Assembly (NCBI RefSeq): GCF_004010195.1
Contig: NW_025214734.1
Location: 1 to 50,000, forward strand
Reading direction: 5' to 3'
Source: Chiloscyllium plagiosum
Taxonomy: Eukaryota
DNA length: 50,000 bases
The translations under genes and the position numbers were made by a program. This document shows, piece by piece, positions 39,495 through 50,000 of the stretch; the stretch's first letter is position 1, and each line of letters starts with the position of its first letter. The notes under the pieces are model-generated. The model was not told the DNA's origin. It worked only from the letters and a program-made list of their open reading frames with translations, and made no database searches.

Positions 39495-40397
39495 ACATAG
39501 AAACAAAGAAAGTAGATACAAGGATAGACATTTGGCCCATTGAGCCCACTCCACATTGAACGTTATCATGGCTGATCCTCTATATCAACATGTACTCCTG
39601 CTCTCTCCACATACCACCACCGCCACCCCCACCTCGACACCTTTAGCATCCACAAATGTATATCTTTCTTAAGTATATTCAGTGACTTGACCTTCACAGT
39701 CTACTGTGGTAAAGAATTCCATGGCTTTACTACCCTCTGAGTGAAGAACTTTCTCCTTGTCCCAGTCTGGAATAGCCTACTGCATATCCTGAGACCATAA
39801 CCCCCTTGTTCTGGAGCCCCCTCACTTTAACAAACAGCATCGCTGCATCCAGTCTGTCTAATCCTGTAAAATATTTATATGCTTCAGTGAGATCCCTTCT
39901 CATATTTCTAAACTCCAGTAAATACAGACCCAGTTGACCCAATGTCTCCTTATACGGTAAACCTGCCATCCCAGAAATCAGTCTGGTAAACACTTGTGGC
40001 ACTGCCTCCATGGCAAGTATATCTTTTCTTACTTAAAGAGACACAAGAGCACACAACACTCCAGATATGATTCCACCTAGCCAGTATACAGCTGCAGTAA
40101 AATTTCTTGCTCCTGTATTCAACCGTCCTGCAATGAAGGCAACATACCATTTGCATTCCTAACTGCACTTGCATGCTTACTATCAGTGACTGGTGCACAA
40201 GGACACACAGGTCCCTTTATATATCAACATTTCCCAATCCATATTCATTTAATGACTCTGCCATTCTGTTTTTCCTACCAAACTAGACAGCTTTACACTT
40301 ATCTATGTTATACGGTATCTATAATTGCTCACTCACTCACCTTCTTGTAACCATCTGGGATGCTCTTTACATCCTCCTCACCACTCACAATCCCAAC
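39495..40397 (-). mobile_element. CR1 LINE 3' fragment
   Basis: ORF 39730..40011 FTRLISGMAGLPYKETLGQLGLYLLEFRNMRRDLTEAYK is the CR1 ORF2 C-terminus. Confidence 0.9.
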
Positions 40398-41064
40398 AAT
40401 GGTGCCCAATGTGATGCTGTTCCATGAGTCCATTTAGGATTCTGACAGGCAATCACGAAATTTACATCTGCCATCATCTTTTGGCTTTAGCAGTCCTCTT
40501 TTAAAAAAGAACAGATGTTGGAATAAAAGATTCAGTATCTCTATAAGTATTTCAGGGTTCTGATCCATCATGATATCATGATACTCAATAATAGTGACCA
40601 TGCAAATTACCTTAGGAACCCATCTGTTTCATTAATGTCCTTCAGGGAAGGAAATCTGCTGTCCTTCCAGAGCCTAACCTGGATGCTCAGCAATATGACT
40701 GATTCTTAATTATCCTTTGAAATCACCTCTGTAATCAAAGTTCCTTTCACAGTAAGGCTCAAATGTATATACAATTACGTAAACTAACAGTATCCTAAAT
40801 ATATTCTCACCAGTTATCTTGCAAATTTAGATTAGGTTGTTTCGCTCGTGAAAAACAGCCCTCAAAATGAATCCTAATATAATAAGCAATCAGACTTGTT
40901 TGTTGAACTTCAGACAAAATGAAAGTCCATTCCCAAAACATAAATTTGATGTTGTCTTCCCATTGCATGTTTTAAAACAAAAGGCTGCTAAGTCATCACC
41001 CAATTGTGTCAGTATGTGGGTTTTTAACCATTTTCTCTTGCTCTCCAGATTAATCTACTTCACA

Positions 41065-41276
41065 GACAAAAATAGAAATTGTTGGAAAAGCTCAGTAGAT
41101 CTGGTAGCATCTATAGAGAGAAATCAGAGTTAATGTTTCAGGTCAAGTGACCTTTCCTCAGAACTGGGTTCACTTGACCCGAAAGGCCAGCTCTGATTTC
41201 TCTCCACGGATGCCAAGTTTTTCCAGCAATTTCTATTTTTGTCTCTGATTTACAGCATCTGCAGTTCTTTCGGTTT
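41065..41276. mobile_element. Penelope-derived hairpin element (second family)
   Basis: Inverted arms; perfect 15-bp TSD ttaatctacttcaca (41050-41064 and 41277-41291). Confidence 0.8.
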
Positions 41277-41353
41277 TTAATCTACTTCACATTTTTATTT
41301 ACTTAAGAAAATCAAAATATAATTGAAAAAAAAAACACACTTCTTGTTATGAA

Positions 41354-41551
41354 GTTAAAAATCACATGACACCAGGTTATAGTCCAACAGGTTTATTTGG
41401 AGGGACTAGCTTTCAAAGTGTTGCTTCTTCATCAGGTGGTTCAAAAGCACTTTGAAAGCTAATGCCTCTAAATAAATCTGGTGAACTATAACCTGGTATT
41501 GTGCGATTCTTAACTTTGTCCACCCCAGTCCAATACCAGTTCCTCCAATTA
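41354..41551. mobile_element. Penelope-derived hairpin element (third family)
   Basis: Inverted arms ccaggttatagtccaacag / ctataacctgg; TSD ttgtta(t/a)gaa; degenerate CTGATGA...GAAAGCTA on the minus strand. Confidence 0.8.
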
Positions 41552-43022
41552 TTGTTAAGAATTTGCTAAAGTCTGCATTGAAAAATATTTTAAAATTTAT
41601 ATTAGAAACACAAATTGCTACATTTGTTTCATTGGATGAATCAATTACGTCTGATCTTTAAAATTGCAGAATATTTATAGCTTTTATCATAGCAAAAGGA
41701 CAATACAGTTCTGAGTAACAATGGGTCCATGAATAAATAAACAATGAACAGTAGTTACAAGTTAGCAACCACTCTGCCATCAAAATAAATTGTGCACTCT
41801 CAAGGTAGGTTATTTCTAATGGTTCAAACAACATTAGTAACATTTACCAGCAAATCTCTCATTGATTTGGAGAATTGAATTTTCAATTGTATATTACTTG
41901 AGATCTTTTGACATTCTTTGCAAATTGAAAATACTCCATTCAGTGTGGTATAGTAGAAGCTATAGTGCAATAAATTTGTACCTATGGAAGTGTTCTCTCA
42001 TGCAATGACATAGTTCTATATTTATAAAGATTATTCAGCTTGTTTCTCTTCAATTTACTGCAATTTCTTCTGTTCACTTACTGCAAAATACTTCACATTA
42101 ACCTTGCATCCTTGTGTCTCTGACAAAAGCTGTCAAACACAAAAAGAATGGTTACTGATGTCTCCGTTGACTACACTATTGCAGATCCTCCCACACTGCC
42201 AGATTTGAAAGGAACAAGACAAACAGTGTGGAATTATTTCTGCATCAATCTTGATGATGAATTCAGCAGAAAAAAAATGTTACTGCCATACAATACAATA
42301 GTGCTAATGAAACGTACTGAATAATGCATAAGATTTTAGGGTCAAACATGATGAAGTACAACTGCAAGCCACATTGAAAGAATTATTTATTAACACTTAT
42401 GACAGTTAAAGCAATTCATATATATCTCAATATTACTCGCATTTTTCTTGAATCTTAATATGTGAAAGTGTAACAATATGAAAGAGAATGTTGAGAAGCT
42501 CTTGCAATGTCTGTCAAAGCATGTCATTGTAAAGAAACACTAGTTTCAGAGGAAAATCTCTGAAAATTTCCTGAAACAAATTTGGTCAGAAAAATGGCCC
42601 TTGGTGTTATTTTAGTCTAAGTGTTACAACAACCTCAGGTGTGGCAGAATATTAATATCCATATGTTTCTGCTTGAGTTGTGCCACTGTTCAATTAGCTT
42701 AATTGAAAAACTGGCATTTCGGTATCTGCCTGGGCATAGGCTCACATTGAATGTCATTAAGTTGTGGCGTTCAGGAGTAGGTATAAACTAAACTCGCCAC
42801 AGATATTTCAGGTTAGTAATTAGTCACTGAAGCACCCTTTTATCACATAATCATTACTGACTGATAATCAACTTCAATCTGTAGGTTTTGAAAAGTTATT
42901 AGTCAACTTCTTTAAAATGTCAGATTTAAAACTCAACAATGCTTCTTTTTGCTTTGTAATCTGTATTTTCAGCCTCTTATCTCAACCTCTTTCCCCCATT
43001 TCGCTTTCTGTACCTAATTTGA

Positions 43023-43208
43023 GGAGAAAGTGAGGTCTGCAGATGCTGGAGATCAAAGTTGAAACTTTATTGCTGGAACAGCACAGCAGGTCAGGCAGCA
43101 TCCAGGGAACAGGAGATTTGACGTTTCGGGCACAGGCCCTTCCTGAAGAAGGGCCTGTGCCCGAAACGTCGAATCTCCTGTTCCCTGGATGCTGCCTGAC
43201 CTGCTGTG
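43023..43208. mobile_element. Young Penelope-derived palindromic element
   Basis: Near-perfect ~60-bp inverted arms; perfect 15-bp TSD ctgtacctaatttga (43008-43022 and 43209-43223). Confidence 0.9.
43140..43173 (+). ncRNA. Minimal type-I hammerhead ribozyme motif (Penelope-type)
   Basis: TTC-CTGAAGA-A-GGGC(CTGT)GCCC-GAAA-CG-TC|GAA: complete core, 4-bp stem II, palindromic ACGT in place of stem III, 3-bp stem I. Confidence 0.75.
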
Positions 43209-43859
43209 CTGTACCTAATTTGACATTTAATTCACCCCCTTTGATTCAACTTGTTCCTCGTTCTTTCCTTGTATTTATTTCCCAACTCTGAAATCTCATT
43301 AGTTATGGGCTTCTCTTTGCTGTATTGTAATCAGTTTGCACTTGCAACAATGTTGATCAGAATTTTACCAAACTCATGATGTTGGAAACTGAATGTGGGG
43401 TGACTAGTAAAGTGGGCTTCTTAACATTATCCCACTAAATATGGGCAGTTGGATCGATCAATGGGGATGGGATAGGTGATTAAAACAGTTATTCATCAAG
43501 TATTTTCCTACTTCCTTTCAACTTTACCAACAGTGCGTGGCATTCACTGAGGCTCACAATCATACTTACTCAAAGTAAGTGATAGTTGATTTAGGAAGAG
43601 AACTAGAGGCTATACTGTGAAGCTGTCTGCAGGCTGAGTGTGGAAGAAGTGACTTTCATGTTTTAAGACAGAGGATCGGGACCAAAGTGAAGTGCAGTTG
43701 ATGAGAAATATTGCCCCAGATCCACAGCAGTTATTGAAGGCAAGACAAGGTTCTTGAGAGGAGAGAGTTTGTGGGGAAGTTAATGTATCATTTATACAGT
43801 TAAATTGTGTTTCCCTTCGGTTCTATGCTATACCATGTCAAATCAATATTGGGAAGAGT

Positions 43860-44310
43860 TTTTTTTTAATTCACTCATGGGTCATAAGGATTGCTGGCTG
43901 GTCAGTGTTTATTGACCATCCCTTCAAAAGATGGTGGTGAGCTGTCTTTTTGAACTGCTAAAGTGCACATGCTGAAAGTAGAGCCACAATGCCCTTAGAG
44001 AGGGAATTTCAGGATTTTGACCCAGTGACAGTAAAGGAATGGTGAGTGACTGGAAGGGGAACTTGCAGGTGGTATGCCCACATATTTGCTGCCCTTGTCC
44101 TTCTAGGTGGAAGCAGTTTGGAAGATGTTGTCAAAGAATCTTTGGCAAATTTCTGCAATGAATCTTGTAGATTGAGCATGCTGTTGCTAATTAACGTTAA
44201 TAGTGGATGGAATGGATGTTTGTGGATTTGCCACAATAATCTCATTGAATGCTGAAGCAGGCTTAAATGCTTAAGTGCCTCCTCCTACTCCAATTTCTTG
44301 AGTTCTTATA
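43860..44310. mobile_element. LINE tail (minus) plus short CR1 tail (plus)
   Basis: Reverse complement of the tail at 12420-12711/13428. Confidence 0.65.
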
Positions 44311-45445
44311 TGTGTGTTTATAAATGGTGCAGCGTGTGAACTTGTGACATTATTGTCTGCCTGTCACCCTTAATTAGCCAGGGTATCCTAAATCTCATAG
44401 AATCCTTCAGAAAATTATGTTGCCCATCAGTGTACACTGTCAACCCAAATATCACCCCAATATCATCTCCTCCATCTATTTGGTAGAAATCAAAGGCTTT
44501 TTGAGCTCGGAATTTGTAAGGACAAGTTTAGTTTATGGAAAACACTGATTGAATCTCTGCTACAGCAAAATATGGCTCATTAATTAACTGTTAAAAATTA
44601 GGTGATCGGATTTAACAATTTTATTATCGACAGAGACAATGCAAACCTGTAAAAGGCTCATAAGTTAAATGAGTACTGTATCGAATTTTGCAGATTAATG
44701 TCACATAATCAAATATTACATTTTTTTCTTTCTGCAGATACTGCCTGACCTTCGGAATGTTTCTGGCATTTTGACATTTGCTTCAAACGTTGCACATCTG
44801 CTTTGTCTTGCCCCTGTTTCTGAGTTCCCTGCTATTCACAGTATTCATCCGTAATGTGGAGAATACTTTATATAACATTGCCAAATCTGTCTGTGGCAGC
44901 AAACCAAGCAGCCAGGTGACATGTGTGAGAGATTTTGCTAATATTGTGAGAGATTTGTATATTCTAACCAGATAAATTCAAATGTGATGATCTGGATTTT
45001 AATGTGATAATTGTGCTATTCCAATGTATGGCTGATTGACAAGGTTACATTTAGTGTAATTCTCTGAAGCATATTGATTCATTAAGCTCACAGAGAATTA
45101 ACAAGATATTTTACCTCAAGAGGCAAGAAAAAAGAGGTTGTACATTGCCTGTAAAATGTGCAGGCTAAAGTGATATTTAAGAGTCTTGATCTTTCTTGTT
45201 ACCACAATTCAGTGAGTAATGTATTTTCTAAATGTTATTTGTAACTCATATATATCGAAAATACAAAATGTTCATTATTGATTAAATTTAAAAAAAACAC
45301 TAATTGTGTTTAGTATTTAAATGCAATTCAACTGTGTAATGTAGCACTTTACAATATAATACTCATTTATCGGAATCCAATGTTTATCTCAGTCACGCAA
45401 CAAGAATGTTGATGGATAAGTGACGAAAATTGCTGAAAAGGCTTC

Positions 45446-45672
45446 TATAGTGATTGGAACCAGGCGGATCTTATTGACTATAAGATCCTTGATTGGGATT
45501 GTTAATCTGGGCCAATCAGGGAGCCCTGGCTGACAGATATGAACAGGACACTCAGATAGTCTCCTGATTTCAAGGACTGACTCCGAACTGGCTGGTCACA
45601 TCCAGAGTACTGTACACATGTAAATAAAGAGTGATTTGGTGACAGAATACTGGCCTCTGTGCTGTTATTTCA
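45446..45672 (+). mobile_element. Short solo LTR (227 bp)
   Basis: T(A)TAGTGATT...TTATTTCA with 5-bp TSD GCTTC on both sides; internal AATAAA; homologous to 15423-15866. Confidence 0.8.
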
Positions 45673-46299
45673 GCTTCCCTCCTATTTTGCCCAGAATCTA
45701 ACAATGGCCATTTTAATTGCAGGGCTAACTCAGGTGGCAAATGCATTCAAAAGGAAGAATAGGTATTTAAGAATTGCATGAAGATAAGGGAGCAACTACA
45801 AAAGAAACGATAGTGATTTTGGTGACCGATTCTATCCCCTTACCTGAAATATAAGAAAAGCTCCTTCAGCATTCTCAAAACTTGTTACCTCTTCAAAATT
45901 AGTTTGTTTGGCCATTGAAAAACAATGGAAACCATGCTTCAGTGTGTCATTGACATTCTGATAATATAAAGTGAGAAACTGTGATGAAAAGAAATTATGA
46001 ATGTCAAAGATGCATAGGTGGTATCACGTGCAGTACCAGCTTCTTGCACAATAATCACAATTTTAAAAATCACAGCCGGAAAGGAATGCAACATTTCATA
46101 AAATTATTTTCCTTAAGTCGAGCATTAGCTGAACTGTCCGATTTTGCACTACAAAAGTGGACAGAGTGCTTGTTGTACCAGCCAAATGTTTGGACAGCCT
46201 GCTCCAGATATTAAAACACCCTGCCGTTTAGTTTCTGAATCTAGTGGCTAAACATTGAACTTATGCAGTTATCTACACTTGGAGCAATTTAAACATAAT

Positions 46300-46963
46300 G
46301 GGCCAGAAATTGTCAACATTTAAGCAGGTCTGACTGCAATCACTAATATTTATATAGGAAAGTGGTGCAGCAGTCTTAGGTGAAGGCCAGATGCACTGTT
46401 CAATGTGAATATCCCAAAGATTGGTGTCTAAGCTGTACTGCTACACTTATTTATTTGCAATAGTGACATCTTGCCCTGAGCCTCCCTTTCTTCACCTTAA
46501 AGGGACCTCCTAAATTTATTAAAATCGCGATCAAATCAGATCTTGTTATACTAGCATGAATATCTTTTTAACAAGCAGTGTCAATGATTGGCAATCAACC
46601 TGACTGGTTCTGAAAGTAACTCTTACAAATTAAATATTTTATTTTGTTATGTTTAAACTTTTCAAGCTGATTTTAAAAGATTACATTTTTCGTACTTTGT
46701 ATGTGAATTTAATCTTTCTTTCCTTTTGTTTTTCTTTCTGTATCAGACCTGACTTTGAATTCATCCCCTTTAATCACACTCCATCTCAGCTCTTGTGTTT
46801 ATTTTCCAATCCTTAGCTCACACTGGTGCTCAATTTATACACTCAGGTCCCTGATACCCTGTCTTTATTAATGCACTATAAGAACTATGAGGTGAAGAGC
46901 AAAGAGATAAATCTAACTAATGGCAGGTGTCGTTCATTGGCCTATTAATGCAAAATCTGGCCT
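46300..46963. mobile_element. Possible old non-autonomous DNA transposon
   Basis: Imperfect terminal inverted match: ataatgggccagaaattg versus caaaatctggcctattat (15/18). Confidence 0.3.
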
Positions 46964-47496
46964 ATTATCATACATTTTCTACATTTGAGAGGCTCATCTA
47001 ATCTGGCCCAATTCAAAATAATTTCTGTTGTGTTTAATTTGATTTACAAGCCTTTCCATAGCACTTCAGCATACTTTCCCTTGTGGTGCTTATTTCCACA
47101 ATATAATCTCTAATGTGCCTAATGGTTTATAATAAGGATAATTTTTTTTCAATCTTGCACAGTTTGGTGTAAATAAAGGTTACTTAGTTCAGAAGAAGAT
47201 GAATAAATTAAAAGTTTTCACAAGATTAATTAAATAAAATTTGATGGCCTTTTCTGGGTTAATGCTAACTTATTAAGAGTAAATATTCTTACCATTTGCA
47301 GTAAAATTGTACTTATTGCTGATAAATTTCATGACGAAGAGGAAAGCTGTATGCTTCTTGATTGAATGGACTGTCCTATGTGAATGAATACCTGTTTAAA
47401 CTGAAAACATTGGGTTTGCTTTAATACCACTGTTTAAGATAGGAAGAGTTCAATGATAACATGTATGCAAAATTCCGCAAAATGGGTATAGTTATA

Positions 47497-48032
47497 AAGT
47501 CATAGAGATGTACAGCACAGACCCTTTGGTCCAACTATCCATTCTGACCAGATATCTTAGATAAATCTAGTCCCATTTGCCAGCATTTGGCCCATATCTC
47601 TCTATACCCTTCCCAATTATCCTATATATACACATCCAGATGCCTTTTAAATGTTGTAATTGTACCAGCCTCCACCACTTCCTCTGGCAGCTTGTTCCAT
47701 ACATGCACCCCCTTTGCATGAAAAAGTTGCCCCTTATGTCCCTTTTAAATTTTTCCCTTATCACCTTAAACTTATGGCCTCTAGTTTTTCACACTCCCAC
47801 CCCATGGAAAAGACTTTGTCTATTTACCCTATCCACATCCCTCATGATTATAAAAACTTCTATAAGGTCACCCCTCGGCCTCCGATGCTTGAGAGAAAAT
47901 AGCCCCAGCCTATTTAGCCTCTCCCTATAGCTCAAACCCTCCAACCCTGGCAGCATTCTCGTAAATCTTTTCTGAACCCTTTCAAATTTGACGACATCAT
48001 TCCTATTGCAGGGACACCAGAATTGCACATAG
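47497..48032 (-). mobile_element. CR1 LINE 3' fragment
   Basis: ORF 47789..48052 YVQFWCP...ERVQKRFTRMLPGLEGLSYRERLNRLGLFSLKHRRPRGDLIEVF. Confidence 0.92.
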
Positions 48033-48555
48033 TTGTTGCAGCAAAGCTTCAATAAATCTTTGATGCAACAATATAACCAATTCTAAGATCCAATGGAAAT
48101 TCCCTGAACATTATTCATACTGTCAATGCACCAATGCATTAAATTTCTAATTATGTCAACTGCACACTTGAACATGACTGGTCAATTGTAATTGTTTTTA
48201 GCTGTACAGTATAGGTTCATGACAATGAGACAATCATTCATTGATCTTTTGCTCTGCATCAATCACAAAAGGTTGTTGGGAAACACAATGAATGTTGTTA
48301 CAAAAGTGTAGATTACTGAGCAATAAAATTATACTGCAAGACCCAATCAGTGAAAACAGATGTATGGCCACAATAGCTGTCTGCTCAGCATTTGTTAGGT
48401 TGCCTTGATTTAAACTATAACTAATGGAGGAGATTCAAGGAGAACTAAACATCATTAACAGAGAAAAAAAACAGAGAGTCATTTGTCTAACTGAAGCTTG
48501 TTTTGAAATTGGATTTTATGATGGATCATTGGGCCCCTTTTGTGTACCATGTATA

Positions 48556-48741
48556 AGGTCAGAAGTCTCATGATTCCAGGTTATAGTCCAACAGGTTTAT
48601 TTGAAATCACAAGCTTCACCTGATGAAGAAGCAGCACTCAAAAAGCTTGTGATTTTAAATACATCTGTTGGACTATAATCTGGTGTCATGTGTCTTCTGA
48701 CCTTGCCCATCCCAGTCCAATATTGGCACCTGCACATCATT
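48556..48741. mobile_element. Penelope-derived hairpin element (third family)
   Basis: Inverted arms, central CTGATGAAG, degenerate TSD (taccatgtata / tgccacgtata). Confidence 0.75.
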
Positions 48742-48769
48742 TGCCACGTATACACTAAGCAAGTCCAAT

Positions 48770-49115
48770 ATTTTTATTCATTCGCAGGATGAGGGCTTAG
48801 GCCAGCATTTATTGCCCATCCCTAATTGCCCAGAGGGCAGTTAAGAGTCAACCACATTGATGTAGGTCTGGAGTGACCAGATAAGGATCAGGTTTACACC
48901 AGGTAAGGATGGAGTTTCCTTCCCTAAAGGGCATTAGTGAATCAAATGGGCTTTTCCAACAATTGACAATGTTATCATGGTCATTATCAGACCTGTAATT
49001 CCAGAATTTTATTGAATTCAAATTCAACCATCTGCCTTGGTGAGGTCCCCAGAACATTATGTGGGTCTCTGGATTAACATTCTAATGATAATATCATTAG
49101 GCCATCTTCTCCCCC
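48770..49115 (-). mobile_element. tRNA-derived SINE (SacSINE-like)
   Basis: ggccagcatttattgcccatccctaattgcc tail; same family as 7232-7795 and 26745-27370. Confidence 0.8.
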
Positions 49116-49229
49116 GTACCATTGGTAGTTTCAGAAAATAGCTAACACTAATAAATTCAATAGACAACTCAATACTCAGTGCTTTCCTTTAGAGTTACCA
49201 CAAATAACTACTTGCCATAACTTTTACAT

Positions 49230-49890
49230 ACAACATTAGGAGCAAGAATAAGTCACACACAGCCTCTTGAGTCTGCTCTGCAATTCAACAACATCATGGC
49301 TGTTCTGATTACTGCATGTTCCTCCTTAATCTCAATGGTCTTGTACTTACTTGCTCATCAATAATTATCTACCGCTGCCTTAAACATACTCAGGACTTTC
49401 ATTCCGTGGACTTATGACAAAACGAGTTCAAAAGACTCAACCAGATGAGAGAAAATGTTTCTCTCATTTCTGTCTAAAATAGGTGAGCCCTGATTTTGAA
49501 ACAGTGACCTCTAGTTCTGGATTGTGACACAAGAAATAAAAATCCTTCCAATATGCACCTGGTCAAGACCCCTCAGGACATTATATGTTTTGACCATGTC
49601 ATCTCCTATTCTTCTGTACTCTATCATATACAAGTCAAACCTGTCTAACCTTTCCTCATTTGATAACCTTCCCTTTTGAAATACTGCTGAGCTAACCTCT
49701 TTTGAACTTCTTCCAATGCACTTACATTTTTCTTTGGTAAGGTGAACAATACTGTACACAGTTCATCAGGTATGGTTTCAGCAATTCCTACTTTTGTATT
49801 TGTTTCCCCCATAACATTATATTAGCTTGTTTAATTACCTACTGTGCCTGATTACAAAGGCTCGCAATTAGTGCACAAGATCACCCAAAT
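49230..49890 (-). mobile_element. Old CR1 3' fragment
   Basis: ORF 49511..49759 LSNEERLDRFDLYMIEYRRIGDDMVKTYNVLRGLD. Confidence 0.8.
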
Positions 49891-50000
49891 CTCAAAATTC
49901 TGCAATCTCTCACAAAGGAGTGCCCATGAGCTGATGGTTTCCATCCATGTGTGTAATTAGAGGTGGGAAAGCACATTGCCCTAACCATAAACTTTCAGAG

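Noticed and set aside
47293..47332. MKFISNKYNFTAN-G|gtaag as an alternative phase-1 first exon
   Set aside because: Only 40 nt in AT-rich DNA with no promoter features; chance occurrence is likely.

Overview
Repeat-rich vertebrate genomic DNA, almost certainly from a cartilaginous fish (shark), judged by the HE1-type SINEs and associated CR1 LINEs. It contains one recognisable protein-coding gene on the minus strand, SUSD3 (sushi domain containing 3). Four intact coding exons (29742-29658, 17045-16898, 14646-14485, 6743-6518) have canonical GT-AG sites and splice in frame to a 206-aa single-pass membrane protein. I found no intact sushi-domain exon between exon 1 and the TM exon. At 20479-20635 there is instead what looks like a frameshifted remnant of it, directly beside a LINE fragment, which suggests a 'sushi-less' SUSD3. 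The rest of the window is SINEs, CR1/L2/RTE LINE fragments, solo LTRs and many short Penelope-derived elements with 10-15 bp target-site duplications. Several of the latter carry minimal hammerhead-ribozyme motifs; the copy at 43140-43173 has an intact core. There is a 513-nt N gap at 1655-2167. Nearly all ORFs in the supplied track are spurious or TE-derived. Homology calls come from remembered family motifs, not from database searches.
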